This document shows positions 1 to 13,399 of a stretch of 64,000 nt of DNA, in pieces. The notes beneath the pieces were generated by a model. The model had not been told where the DNA came from. It did no database searches and saw only the letters and a program-made list of their open reading frames with translations. The stretch's first letter is position 1, and the number at the start of each line of letters is the position of its first letter. Position numbers and translations under genes: made by a program. Source of the stretch: Basidiobolus meristosporus CBS 931.73 (taxonomy: Eukaryota; Fungi; Basidiobolomycota); the NCBI GenBank assembly GCA_002104905.1, contig MCFE01000421.1:1-64000 (forward strand), in the 5' to 3' direction.

Positions 1-163
1 TCTTCTTACACCCTCACTTATCTTTCTTCTACCTCATGCAAATCTGTCAACAAAAAACTTATCCCCATTAAAGTCTACTCTTCTCCCCACTCTGGATACT
101 ATCTTTCTGTCACTAATTCTTTTGCCACCAAACTTAAATCTTCCTTAACCAAATCTTTCATCT

Positions 164-1579
164 CTAATGACAACATTCCAGTTTCTGATTGATTCCATAT
201 TCCAGCCAATGGCATATAGTTTGCCAACTTTGCTGTAGTTGCATGGCTACTTCTGTACATTCTCTCTGTGGAAAGATGATGTTCTTAGTGCTGGTGTTTG
301 GGTAATAATAATGTGTCTGAGTTATAGAGTAAATCCCCTGGATCTCACACATTTGAAAGCAATACTGTCCATTGTGCCAGGAAAAAACTGCTATCTTGCT
401 GATGGCTGGGGTATCTCCAATGCAGATAATAACATGTGCTTTTACATGACAGCCATTTACCATTATCCTGCTGGAAAGCATACAAAGTTCATTCAGCAAT
501 GGACACAGGTAGCTATCCAGGTTGGATGGTGATTTAGGCCCAGATACCAGTGAGACTACCATCAGATTATAGCTCTGATACTGTAAGGTGGGTGGCAGAA
601 TTAGATTGATCAGAATCAATGGCCAGCAGGATTTGCTGGTAGCGTACTTGTTTAATGAGAATCCATCAAGTGCTAAAGCAAAGACATGGTCATACATACC
701 TTTAAAGTAGCCCTTGCTTCTTAGCTGTTTGTAATGTTTGCCATCACATGTATTGGATATGTTTGCACTTGATAGATACTGAGTGCAGTACTGTATAGCT
801 TTGCAATACTTGTTGGACTGCATTAGCTTCCTCAGATGGTGTATCACTGGAATATATCTGGAGTGTAAACATTGTTTTCCCTCAATGGTGGTAGATTCCT
901 GACAATTTGGACATGTTTCAATGGTAGCATTTTTGGATTTGAATGCCATGCAACTGTTAACACATGCTGGAATCAAGACAGTCTCTGGATCATATGTTGC
1001 CAGCTGCATGATAGTTGTCCACTTGTACCATGTACATGGTAAGTTGCATCACTCTATGATCTTGGCAAGAAGTTGTAATAAATCCTCAAAGCCCCCATTA
1101 CTGATATTAATGAAAATGTGCCACTTCTCTAGCCACAACATTACATCATTCACCAGTAGATGGATTACTGGGCTCACTTGGCTCCATAAAGTATCCTTGG
1201 CATTTGTTTCAGCAGGTGTTGTCTTGTTGCATATAGGGATTTGACCGGGCTCATATGTGGTACTGTTGTCAGGGGAGATAGGCTCAATATCCATCAGTGA
1301 ACCTTCTTTGTGAGAGCTATCACTCTGGGTGCCATACTCAGAAGGCTGAGGTGAGCCTATAGGTGTCAAAAACTCACCTGACTCAGTTTGCGCAAGGTGA
1401 CAAAGACAGCCAGGTGCCAAAATAAAAGTATCAACTGGCCAGCAAGATAATGTTGGTACAGCAGTGACCAATGAATGGTCAAATATGACTTGGGTGGCAA
1501 AACACTGGCCATGATCCTGGTAATACCTTCCTATGCTGTCTGCATGCTTCATGGCTGAGAGGCTTGCTACAATAGCCAC
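164..1579 (-). mobile_element. Decayed CACTA/EnSpm (Transposase_21/Tnp2-like) transposase, split into two ORFs and running toward the left window edge
   Basis: ORF 164..1009 has CVNSCMAF..CPNC and DGFSLNK..SCWPLILINLILPP..LVSGPKSPSNLDSYLCPLLNEL, typical of Tnp2. ORF 1049..1579 is the upstream part. The DNA is CpG-depleted. Confidence 0.88.
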
Positions 1580-1853
1580 ATGGTCTTTTTTCTCTTCTCT
1601 TATTGTGTTGAGTCAAAGTAGTCTTGTTCATGGGGCAAACAGTTTGACCTTCAACAACATAATGCTATTATATCACTTTATGGTCAATACTCATGTGAAC
1701 TTAAGACAGTCTTGTATTTGAGGCATTGCACCTACATGAATGTATGATTCAATGATGACCTGCTATAGTAAGCATTATAAATAAAGTTGTGGCACCACAT
1801 ACACATGTATATGTAACACTATTTCCCCTTTGGTTTGACTCACTTCCGCATAC

Positions 1854-3733
1854 ATGCCGCCAAAAAATAAAGCAAAGTTATATGGTTCTCAACCAAACCC
1901 CACCGCTGATGGCAACAGAAGAGCAGTTGGACAACAGCTTGCTTTGATATTCAGTGCAACAAGTGGGGATACATCCAAAAAGGCACTGTGGACAGTGTAC
2001 CCATTGAAGGTAATAATGCAGACTCCTCAGGCTCTCAGTCAAGTAGGCAATTCAGAACCTCTGTGGAGCCACAAGCTGACCTCTATGCTCAAGCAGATGA
2101 GAATGTAGCAAACACAGTACCCTCAGTTGAAGATCAGCAAGAGGCCATGATAACATCACCACCAGCCATATTAGCAAGTATGTTGTCAGCTCATACCAGA
2201 GCATTATTGAAGCAATTAGGTGCAGTGGCTGATAGGATAGATGCAATAGCCCAGAGAAATCAGGAAATAGTCCAGAAACAGGATGAGCGGATAATACATG
2301 TAGAGCAATCAATATCCCAGGTAGAGAAAGCAGTATCTTTGCTGCAAAGAAGGGACTCAAGTAGCTCAATGTCACAGCCAAGAATTGAGCCATTTCCCAA
2401 TGTAACAGCAGAGGAATACCATACAGTCTTTGAAGCAGAACAACAGTGCCCAAAGATAAAGTCCACTGAAAAACCTATCACAGCATGGGAGGGAGACAAT
2501 GTGGTGTTATACCAAAGCCTAAAAATCAAAAGACATTGAGGATTGTGAAGCTGTTGAGTGCAATAATGAAGAGTGGGCTAATATATAAGAGGCCATCAGA
2601 AGTCTAGCATGTCTTCACCTTAAAGCTGGCATACCATGGGACCATCAGGAACTCAAGGCCAAGCTGAATGCACTTGACTTGTTCCATAAGCATTATCCTG
2701 GATTCAAACAGGTAGATGGATTTTGGTCCAGCATTGGTATGCTAAGAAAGTATCTCAAGAATAGCAGAAGCTATCAAATGCAGAAGATCAAGGGTGCCAT
2801 GGCTAAAAACCAGCAACTTCCTCAAGAGCATGTTACAAGCAGGGCCAAAAGCTGTAGACAAGCATCAAAGAGACGTCAGGTAGCTGGAAGAGTGCCAATT
2901 AGGGACAAGCAGGCAGACATGGATGCACCAGCACAACATTTACAAGGAAAAAGCATAGTGCCACTCAAGAAGCACCAGTCAAAGTAGCAGTGAAGGAATC
3001 TGGCAGTGATAAAAACCAGCCACTTTTACAGGAGCCATCACAACTACAGTTGAGAGCCAAAAACAAGCTGAAAGAAATGTCAGGTTGCCGGAAGAGTTCC
3101 AGCAAGGGACAAGCAGGCCAAACAGATGTGTCAGAGCAGAACTTATCCTGGAGAAATTGTAGTTCTTTACAAGAAGCACTCAGACAAAGTAGCAGCAAAA
3201 GACCTGGCAGTGATAAAGGAAAAGAGAAAGGGAAAGATGTCTACCCAAGCCTGAGACAGGGAGGCATGCAAAAATAACTGCAGTTCTTGCCAATTAACGC
3301 TGCAAGCCAGGAACAGACCAAATCCCATCATAGCAAAGAAGAATTACCAACAAGAAAGCAGCTGTTTTCACAAGAGTTGGATGCGCAGCCAGTTGAGCTA
3401 CACTCCAGCTAGGTAGATGAGTTTGCTGAAAAAGGCAATTTGTCTACTACAGCATCCACAACCTTCACAGCCTCCATTGCTGTCAGAGTGGAGATCCTAC
3501 TGGCAGACAAGGCTACAGTGTCAAGAGCTCAAAAGACTATCACAATACCTTCAGTGGAGTTTTGGAGCATCAATAGGCGCACCAAGAGATTGCAGCACTT
3601 CTTCATGAGCAGCGCTAAAGAAAACGCACTGGAATATTGCAAGGATTTACTGCAAAGACTGGCAAATGAGGAGCTAGACCTTACAGTGCCATCTGATGAC
3701 CAGGACATGTGGGAACCAGTGAATGAACAGTGA
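1854..3733 (+). pseudogene. Fragmented accessory ORF divergent from the CACTA transposase, probably the element's second gene
   Basis: Chain of same-strand ORFs (1988..2539, 2679..2987, 2990..3277, 3440..3733) with coiled-coil-like and Q/S/K-rich segments. Same CpG depletion as the transposase. No family recognised. Confidence 0.45.
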
Positions 3734-3829
3734 CATAAAGCCATTGGGTTCCTGTCAAAGTTGTGGAGCCAGAGCATTACAGCAGAAATACTTATTGGGT
3801 GGTGGATTTTGATGGAGCTACTAGTTGAG

Positions 3830-6400
3830 TGCAGGGTTGGGCTTAATGTTTGTGTAGGGTATAGGGACTTGTATAGGTAGAGTACAAATGGCAATTGAGG
3901 TACAACTGAAGTTTCAACAGAAATAAATCCATTTGTACGCATGAAAAGTATGAGCAACGGTTGAGTCTGGAAGTAGGAGTGTGAAAAAGCGGCAATAGCC
4001 AATCAATTTACACAAACATAGGAGGCAACAGAGTGTCCTGGATCAGAAAGTGAGCAAATTGTCAGGGAGCCAATCAAAAGCCACTTATACATTGTTGTGA
4101 TGAAATATTTTGACTAAGTTTTTTGTGAAATCTGGTGTGAGATTATTTTTCGACGGTCTCTGGATGGTGTCTTGACAAGATCAGTACCTCTTAGTCACAG
4201 GACTCTCACTTTGTGGTGGTCTTTTGATGGGATCATCATAATAATTTTTCATAGGGGGTGTACTTGCTAAGTTTATGATTGACTAAAAGCCTCATACAAG
4301 TATACTTTGGACCATTCTGCATTGAGAGCTGGAATAAACTGAGAACCTACCAAATCAACTTTAGTCTCAACAGCCAATGGAATTTCTCAAATAGTAAGCC
4401 ATATTATTCAGCCACTAAGAATGAAAATTGAGGACTATGAAGAAGACCCACAGGCCTACACATTTTGTAACTCCAAATATGACTTGGACCTTGGATATAC
4501 ATTGCTATTCAACTGTAAACTGTCTAATAATTGAAGAACTCATGCTACTCATCCAAAAAGATAACTAGGCCCATGAGCTACCTGCCTGCCTGGACTCAAA
4601 GTAATTGATACCAGTATGCAATACACCAGTAAAGGTAGCAAGACACAGTGCTGCAGAGCACTCAGAAAAGATACTCCATTCTTCTCATGGCTGCATTGCA
4701 TGTATATTCATCTTCCTTGCTTTACTAGAGAGTCCAGACTTTTTTAAAGAAATACTTAGATGTGTATCAAGATGAGCTTGTGAAATTTGATTAGTTAATG
4801 AAGTAAAGATAAATCAGACCTACCAAGTCACTGTGGGAGACACCAGTGGTTCTTTCAAACAGGAAGGATGGAGTGCTTAGATGTTCATTGACAACAGACC
4901 TCTAAGCTCAGTTAATGTTAACAATAAGTACCCCATACTGCGGAATGATGAGCTTCTGAGCCAACCAAATGGTGCCACTATATTCAGCAAGATTGACTAC
5001 ATGTCAGGATTCAATCATATTAGGATGAAGCATGAAGAATTTCTGAGAAAGTATACAGGACCAGATATGCACATTGCAAGTACTCAGTTGTATATCTTAG
5101 CCTCACCAATGCCCCTACAACAGTCATGACCTTGAGGCATGCTCACTTCCAGGAGTACTTAGACAAGACTGTTATAATCTACCTAAGTGATATGCTGATT
5201 GGTGGCAAGACAGCAGAGGACCCCTTGCGCCATAATGAAAAGGTACTGGAGAAGCTAAGAAAACAAGTCATATTGCAAGTTAGCAAAGTGTGAGTTCTTA
5301 ATGGATCACATTGAATAGTTTGTACACAAAATGGCTTGCACAGGAGTGACTTTAGACTGTGAGTCAGTAGACATTATTGAGAATCCTATGCAGCACCTTA
5401 GTATATCAGAGCTCAGATCATTTCTTAGAATGATATCCAATGTTTGTACATTTGTCAAGTCCTTGGTAAGTATTTTAACCCCTTTGATTGATATCTTCAG
5501 GAAAGAAAGCACTTTGAGGTGGGATATAGCTTGTGAAACTCCCTATCAGACACTTAAGAATGAGCTTGCCAAGTTCCCAAGCCTGAGAATAACTTGCTTC
5601 AAGAGGTACTTAGTAGATTTATTGATCAAAAGTATGGTGTTTATACTTCTGATAAAGTAGAGTAAGCAAACATGCAAAGTTTGTCAAGCAAGGTACCACA
5701 AATATGTGTGCAAAGTTTGGGACATTAGGACAACTTTGAGAAAGAAATCAATCAGGGTACCTAACAATTTGGTGAAAATATTTCAAGTAAATCCCAACAG
5801 GAAATTTGATCTGTGCAGAGTGCTAATCAAAGAATATGATCTATGTGACTAAGTTAGCATAAATATCTAGATGAGTACTTAATAACTACAACAGAAATAA
5901 GTTACAAGCAGATAGTGAAAACATGTTCAAGGTGCCAAATCAGACAAGGCTGACATTGAACACTACAGAACTTTGTCACTTAGAGCCTCTAAGATCATAT
6001 CAGATATGGGGGATGGATTTGTTGGAAGTGCTCCCACTACTAGGAAAAGAAACTGGGGGATCCCAGTAACAATTGACTATGCCACCTAATGACCATTGGC
6101 AAAAGCTATACAAGTAGTTGGTGAACAACAAGTTGCAAGTTTCATATATCATATGATCCTGATGAAGTTTGGATGCTGTGTTGAAATTGTATCTGATAGA
6201 GGAGGAAAACATATATTAAAGTCATTAGAAGCTCTAATGGAAATGCAGCAGATCAAGCACTTAAAACTTTGGCATATAACTCTAGAACTAGTTGTGTCAC
6301 TAAGTGTTTTAATAGGTTGTATAAAATATTGACAAAGTGTGCAGATGGAGCTATGAGACAGCAGATATTCAGGCTGTATTCATGGCATGAGTGATGGCAA
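3830..6400 (+). mobile_element. Degenerate Ty3/gypsy retrotransposon relic (protease, RT, integrase)
   Basis: Protease-like AKFMID near 4270. RT NKYPILRNDELLSQPNGATIFSKIDYMSGFNHIRM (4881..5129). Integrase core ..FGCCVEIVSDRG.. (6096..6332). Many stops and frameshifts. Confidence 0.8.
5590..5893 (-). repeat. Old, diverged copia-family LTR relic inside the gypsy pol region
   Basis: Aligns by eye to the reverse complement of the copia LTR (tgtgtgcaaagtttggg..ggtgaaaatattt..aagtaaatccc..gtgactaagttag) and ends in ..tacaaca at 5893. Left boundary approximate. Confidence 0.7.
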
Positions 6401-7549
6401 CTAAGCATAAGTATGCTGGATGTTTATGTTACCAGCAATAGAAGGTATATGGTAGCTGTGCAAGTATCTCACTGTAAAGCCATAAAGGTGAGGTGATAGA
6501 ACTGTGTTGATTGTAGTGGATGTGGAGGTAGGGTAAACACACATCCCACTGACAAGTTTATCCACAACCTAAGTCTGTGTTACCAATCATATTGCTAAAA
6601 TACCTTATATGGTATCTCTATGTTACACAAGTCTTAGACTAATGATCCCTCATTGGTTGGGTGCAATGTGCTTTTTAGAACCTACTGGGACCTTCTTGGA
6701 GTATTTTTAGCTCATAGCAATGTTGCCAAGAATTTCACTGATACCTGGAATCTTCTAGAACCTTGTCATTGGTAATTACTTGGCAATCAGGATAAGTACT
6801 TAAGGGAAGTCAATCCCTTGTTGATAAACTGACCCTTCTACTTCTAACTCTTTCCCTTATTGATTAGCAGTTGATCACTTCACTTATCTACAGCAGTTAT
6901 ACCTCTGACCTGCCATCAAGGAGCTTTTCAGGGTAGTGCACAAGATACATAGAGGCCTTGAAGACTCTTGGGGCACCTAGGAAGCTAGAGAAGCAGGAGC
7001 TTTTACCATATTGACATATTGACAAAGATACCAGGAGTTTAGACCCAGAGGTTATTGCACCCATCAGTCACCTTGCACACCTTGAGTTGCATAGCTTCTC
7101 CCAGAAGTACCGCTATACCACCACAATGTGTGCATAGGTACAAGTTAGTAAGCAGGAGGGAATAATTCCTTTGATTCAAGCTATATGTGTGATACTTGTT
7201 GTAGTAGTGAATAAGTAAATAAATAGTGGTAATTCTGCAATGTGATGTATGAGCTGCTCAAGGGGAGATAGAGGTAAGAAATACTACTTGGTAGAATGGT
7301 AAAGCAGTATCAGATAGGACTGGCTCTAAGCCACAATACTCCCATCATGAAGCCATCAGAGGTCTACAAGAAGGCTGTCCAAATACTGTTAAGTTTTGTG
7401 ACATATAAGGAACCTGCATGTATTAGCTGGTTAGTTCTACTCAAATAAATGTGTACTACAGTACAACTGTCATATTTTCATGCAATTCTTGCCAAGTGAC
7501 TGCTCAAACACCAACAAATCTCAGCTTTACCTGGCAGGAAAGCAAACAA

Positions 7550-8680
7550 AACGTTGTCAGAGTCCTGCCATACAATTGTATAGAGGGTCAGTAACTCCAA
7601 GCTCCCAGCATTATATTGGCATATTCAGGGATCCTGACAACAAATCTGGATTAGTACCACTTATGGGACAAATTTCTTTATGTGGTAAAACTTGCTCCTT
7701 AACCAGACAAGATTTCCACAGATCATCCAAGTTTCATTAAGAAGTCATGGTAGATGATACTTGCTGCTAGGGTTTACTGGCCACATTTTCTAGCTGTGAT
7801 CAGTTTTTTGATGACCTCAATCCCCAATCTCACAAACAGTCTTATAGGTTACTAGGAGAAGAGCTTGGTATCTCACTCTGGTTGGCCTTAATTGATTTGG
7901 AGACTTGGCATGCACTTGCCAGCTTCCAAATGCATTGTTTCACTCCAAGCTGCCATTCTCTGGTCTTTGCTAGGTTATAAGTACCTTCAATTCTAAGATG
8001 TCCTTATCCAGTGTGTGGCTTATATGTAAGATCCAGGCAGAAACATTGGGGCAGTAAGCCAAATGGCATTCAACAACATTCTGGTAGAGTGTTTCATCCT
8101 TAATTATAGGACAAAATCATTTCTTGAATGGATCTTTATGGGCAAAAGTCAAACTGGTGCCAAAATGCTGGACTAACAATCAAATGTATATCCCTGACAA
8201 CACATAAAAATTGTACACTATGGTTGACACACTGCATTACCTGCCTCAATGAAACATAATTGTGATGATCCCATCAAAAGGCCATCACTAAATTCAAGTC
8301 ATGTGATTAAGAAGTATTAGTGCCATGAAGACACCAAGCAATGACCATAAAGAATTTGCTCCTCAGCTCTCACCAAAATATTTGTCAAAACTTCTCATCA
8401 CATGAATTTAGTAATTTCTTTTGATTGGTTCTTGACCAATTTTCTCACTCTCTGATACTGGACACTCAATCACCTTCTATATTTACTCATACTGATTGGC
8501 TATTGCCCCTCTTCACACTCCTTACTCCCTGGCACAAATGATGCCCTTCCTTTTCAACTGCTCAAGTTGTTTTATTTCCATTCAATCTTCAGCGGTAACT
8601 CCATAGCCAATGGTACTGACCTAAGCACATCTTTACACCTATCATCAACATTAAGCCTGACCTCATGCTCACTAACTCAA
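7550..8680 (-). mobile_element. Second degenerate Ty3/gypsy relic, convergent with the first
   Basis: Minus-strand GHLRIEGTYNLAKTREWQLGVKQCIWKLASACQVSK resembles the integrase HHCC zinc domain. 8250-8680 is an inverted homolog of 3830-4250 (shared aggagtgtgaa, ggcaatagccaatca, gagtgtcc, ttttgatgggatcatca). Confidence 0.6.
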
Positions 8681-8966
8681 CATGATCAGAAAAGTATAAA
8701 TAGAGTTTACTAAATCTTTTGGTTCAGTATGTGTCTCAACAAAATTAAGATTGTGTCTTGGCAAAGTCAAGAATTCAACCATTCCATTCAAGTTTCCACC
8801 CAAGCCTAGCATATCTAAGCACTCCTAAGAATACCAAGCCTAGCCTGCATAGCAAACTAATTATTGATCTACTTAAACTTTCTGCTGTTTTATTTGATGT
8901 AGGGAGTATGGTATTGTAGTCTCTTGCCTTATCCCATGAGTTTTGCAGAAGTGGATGAATAATCTT

Positions 8967-11900
8967 TGTTGTAAGAGTCTGGGAGATATTGGAAATAATT
9001 GGGAGGCTTAGACCCATAGCTCTGATTATGCTGGCTGACAAATCCCACTGAATGTGTGATATTGGGACATGTTCCAAGCATCATGTACATTAGACTACCA
9101 AATTTACATTGATAAGGAAACTCAGGGCTCTCAGATGATGTCAAGTTCTCTGGATTTGGTTGAGTTTTGACCAAGTTAAGGTTTGTCCCCATTGGGGTAG
9201 CTGCCTGTTGATAGTCTTACATTTGGTACTTCTTTAGTATGTCCTGAATATACTTTGATTGGCTTAGGGTGATAGTCTGGGTACTTCTGTTTATTGAGAG
9301 CTCTATCCCTAAGTAGTAACTGAGCTCTACCTGATTGAATATCTTGAACTCTTTAGATAGGCTAGATTTAGCCTCATCTAATGTTTCTAGGCTATTGGCA
9401 GCTGTAATAAGGCCATCCACATATAAAGCTAATAGAACTAGATTTGCTCTATCTTGCCTATAGTATATACTAGACTTGTTCCGTTGTGCCATTGATCATA
9501 GTGCCAGAAAGTGCTGTATATTTTGTTTTTAATTTGATATTTTAGGGTCATATGCGTGCCAATTTTGATCCCAAATTGGCACTATATGGCACCATCTGGC
9601 ATGCTTTGGCACTATTGGGCACTATGATCAGCTGGAATGATGGAACAAGTCCACTATAGTCAGCATTACTCCTGTTGAAACTGAAAGATTCCAAATAAGA
9701 ATCTATCTTTCAATTCCAGGCTCTTGGTGATTGTTTGAGATCAAATACAGATTTTTAAGCTTGTAGACCAAATGAGGGTTATCTTAGTGAGCAAGACCTT
9801 CATGCTGGTCCATATATATGTCCTCATTAAGTTCTTCATTCAAAATGCAGCTTTTATATCTATTTAATATACTACAGACTCATATTTGGCTGCAAGAGCC
9901 AATATTTATCTGATGGAATTAAACCTGGCTACCAGTGCACAGTTCTCTGTATAATCAAGTTCTTTTGCTTGAGAGTATTCTCTGGCCACAAGTATTGCTT
10001 TGTGTCTTTCAGTTGTACCATAAACCTTGTATTTGGTCTCAAAGATCCCTGTGCATTCAATTGATTTTTAGTCAATTGGTCATTTGACCAAGTCCCAAGT
10101 TACATCTTACATTGGGGCCTGATATTCCTCAGTCATTGCAGATATCCAAGACTCTGCCTGAGGGCTATTTATGGCCTCTTGTACAGTGTGGGGCTCATCT
10201 GTATGGACTGACTAGGCATAGGCTATGTTTTGAATCCCCATTGATATTGTAGTTTGAGCTATTTCTGGTCTAAATGGATCTCCTGGCATTTGATACTGGA
10301 ATGATTACTTCTGAGAAATTGCTGGGTACTTTTTTAGGCTGAACTATGGCTGTAGGGTCCTCTGGATTGAAAAGGTCTTTCTTGTTTTGCTCCAATTCAA
10401 TCCTGACTATTGGTGGACTTGAGGTCAGATTTTTTTCATCATCTAACATCATTTCTTGTGAAATCTTGAGTTTTCATCAAAGAACACATCCTTGGATTTG
10501 ATCAGCTTCTTTGCTTTGACATTGTAGAGTCTGTATGCACTACTGTCATTGTAGTGGCCCAAAAATATTCATTTACACTTTTTTGTTCAAATTTTGACTG
10601 CTTTCCAGGCAGTTTCTTGGCATATGCTGTACACCAAATATTCTTAGATGTTCTGCACTTGACCTATATCCATACCATACTTCAAAAGCTGTAGAATCTC
10701 AAAGTATTCTGTTATAACTCCTATATTTAAGGTATATTGTGGTGGTAACTGAATCCACCAAAAAATCATTGGATAATTCTGATCATAGATTATAGATCTT
10801 GCCATATCAATTAATGATCTATTTGCATATTCTGCTACTTTATTTTACTGAGGGGAGTACAGCACAGTAGTCTTTTGTTCTATCCTGTGAATTTTGCAGA
10901 ATTAGACCAAGAGTTTTGTGGCATATTCACAACCATAGTCAGAAGGTATTTTCTTGATTTTTTGCCAGTTTCTCTCTCCACCATGGCTTTAAACTCCCTG
11001 AGCTTAGCCAGAGCTTCTTCCTTTCTCTCCATGAAGTAAATCCATATGTATCTTATATAATCATCAATAAAATTGGTTAAATACTTAGTCCCACTAAAGG
11101 AAACGTTTTGCATAGGTCTACACATATCTGAGTGAATTAGATATAATAACATCTTAGATTTGACTGGCCCAGAGCTCTTGAACAGCTTTCTGGCTTGTTT
11201 CCCATATATGCAGGCCTCACTGTGCTCTAAATTAGCTGGAGGATCAATTTTACTCCAGAAATTAGCTGATCTTTGATCATTTTGTGCAAATAATCAAAAT
11301 TAATGTGTCCAAAGCTCTTGTGCCAAAGCATTGATGTTTCTTCATTAAATTTACTTATATTGGCTTCCAGATAGGATGGAATATAGGTAAACATGTTCAG
11401 ATTCTGATCTCTGGCACCCAAAGCAATACAAACACCATTTCAATTGGTGATTGTGCATCCAAAATTGCTAAAGCTGCAACTGAGTCTTTGTACAGTGGCC
11501 TTGCTTACAGATAGTAGGTTCTTGGCTATTTCTGACACATAGAGTACTTCTTTAAAAGTCTGTGTATGGCTTCCTTCACTGCTTCTTAGGTTTACTTGTA
11601 TAGTTCCTTCTCCCACTGCATCAAGTGTTCAATTGTCACCCATGAAACCTTTCTTAATTGGAATTACTTGATATTGGCCAAAAAGTTCTTTTTGATGTGC
11701 AAACAGTTGAGATGCTCCAGAGTCAATATACCACATCTGAGAATCCTTGTTTGTGGTCATATTTAGTGTGGATATGAATAGTCTATCTTCAGTTGTTGCA
11801 GCATTTCCATATTCAGGCTACTTTGCTGATTATCCCTCTTTTTGAGACACTGATCTGATGTGTGTCCTTTCCTTTTGCAGTAGTTGCAGAACAGGTTGCT

Positions 11901-12939
11901 GTAGCCTTTTTAGGGTCTTGGGTACCTCTTTTGTTGTTTATCATTGCTTATTAAAGCATTTTCTTCTTCCTTCTTATTTGCACTTGATTTTCTTAATTCT
12001 TCATACAGGAGCCTTCCAAATATGTGATTTAAGGTCAAATATTCTGTTCTGGACTCTAGGGCTCACACAAGGTCCTGCAACCTGTCTGTCAGGCTATTCA
12101 GGATGGTTACTAGCATGTCCTCATCAGTAGTTGGTACACCCACAGATTCCATTTCATCTACCAGCAGGGTGATTCTGTTGATTAGATTTTCATTTCTTCT
12201 CCTGGCTGCATCTTTGTAGTAAAGAGTTTTCATCTCAGATACATTTTCTTAGCAGCTGAACATGACTGGTAGGTGTCTTCTAATGGCTTCCAGGCATTCT
12301 TAGTCAGTTTTGCTCTTAAGCATTAAACTAGTGATTTGTCTCTAACCATAAGGCAATTGCATTTAAAGGCACTTTGTTCTTTCTTTTAGTACTTTGAGGC
12401 TTCCTCTCCCATGTTTTTAAGAGGGCGCTCTTCTCCCATGACAATATCCCAAAGGCCTCTTTCTTGTAGTAGCATCTTCATCTTCACCTTTCACACTTGG
12501 TAGTTAGATCCATCCAACTTTTCAGCAGAGGGAAAATTCCAGTAATAGCAGTAGTAGACATTGCAGGGAGTGACAGCTTAGGGCTCATACTCTGTTGTAA
12601 GAGTCTTGGAGATATTGGAAGTGATTGGGAGGACAAGTAAATTATGTGGTCTTCACTTAATGATTTATTGAATGTAAAAGTGGTATTTTTACTTTTATAT
12701 GGTCTTGGCACAACAAACATGTAAAATAGGTTAAGAAAGGTCCCAAGAACATGTGTACAAAGCTTAGGCTGTTTGGACAACTTTTAGAATTTTCATGTTC
12801 TGGGTACCTAGTATTTTGGTGAAAATATTGCAAGTAAATCCCTACAAGGAATTTGGTCAGTTTTCTCTAGGATTTGAAGGTAATGATCTAAGTGACTAAG
12901 TTAGGTGAATATTTAGGCAGAATTACAAACCTTACAACA
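8967..12939 (-). mobile_element. Old decayed Ty1/copia copy: 5' LTR 12593-12939, gag-PR-IN-RT with many stops, RNase H deleted, only ~40 bp of the 3' LTR end left (8967-9008)
   Basis: Colinear with the intact copy at 59642. PBS remnant at 12581-12592. Left flank is an integrase fragment of another copy (8890-8966) and right flank is a gag fragment (12940-13230). No matching TSD. Confidence 0.9.
9472..9652. mobile_element. 181-bp MITE inserted in the old copia RT
   Basis: Left end AGACTTGTTCC; right end reverse-complements to GGACTTGTTCC. Subterminal TGATCATAGTGCC / GGCACTATGATCA 13-bp perfect inversion. 3-bp TSD ACT (9469-9471, 9653-9655); removing the element restores the family sequence tatatACTatagtc. 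Confidence 0.82.
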
Positions 12940-13230
12940 CTTTGTTAGTTATCATTGCTTATTGAAGCATTTTCATCCTACTTCTCATTGGCACTGGATT
13001 TTCTTAGTTTCTCATCCAGAAGCCTTCCATGTATGCAATTTAAGGTCAAATCCTCAGTTCTGGACTTTAGGGCTGATACAAGACCCTGAAACTTGTCTAC
13101 CAGGCTATTCACAATGTTAACTATCACATCTTCATCCGTAGTTGGTATGCCTACAAATTCCATCTCAATCAGCAGGGTAATTCTGTTAATTTGATTTTCA
13201 TTTCTTCTCCTGACTGCATCTTTGTGGTGA
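12940..13230 (-). pseudogene. Copia gag fragment of an older copy, the target of the adjacent insertion
   Basis: NQINRITLLIEMEFVGIPTTDEDVIV..LKSRTEDLTLNCIHGRLLDEKLRKSSANEK matches the family gag. Confidence 0.85.
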
Positions 13231-13399
13231 AGATTTATTGTGTTGTATTCTAATTGGTTTTGGGCTTGTTCTGCAATGCAGATTCTAATCAACAATAAAC
13301 AACAAATTCCAGAATGCAAACACTGAAATAGTTTGTTGAGAGCTTGATATACCAATTGAAGATACAAATTTCACTAATATACTTAATCTTGGGCTCAAA

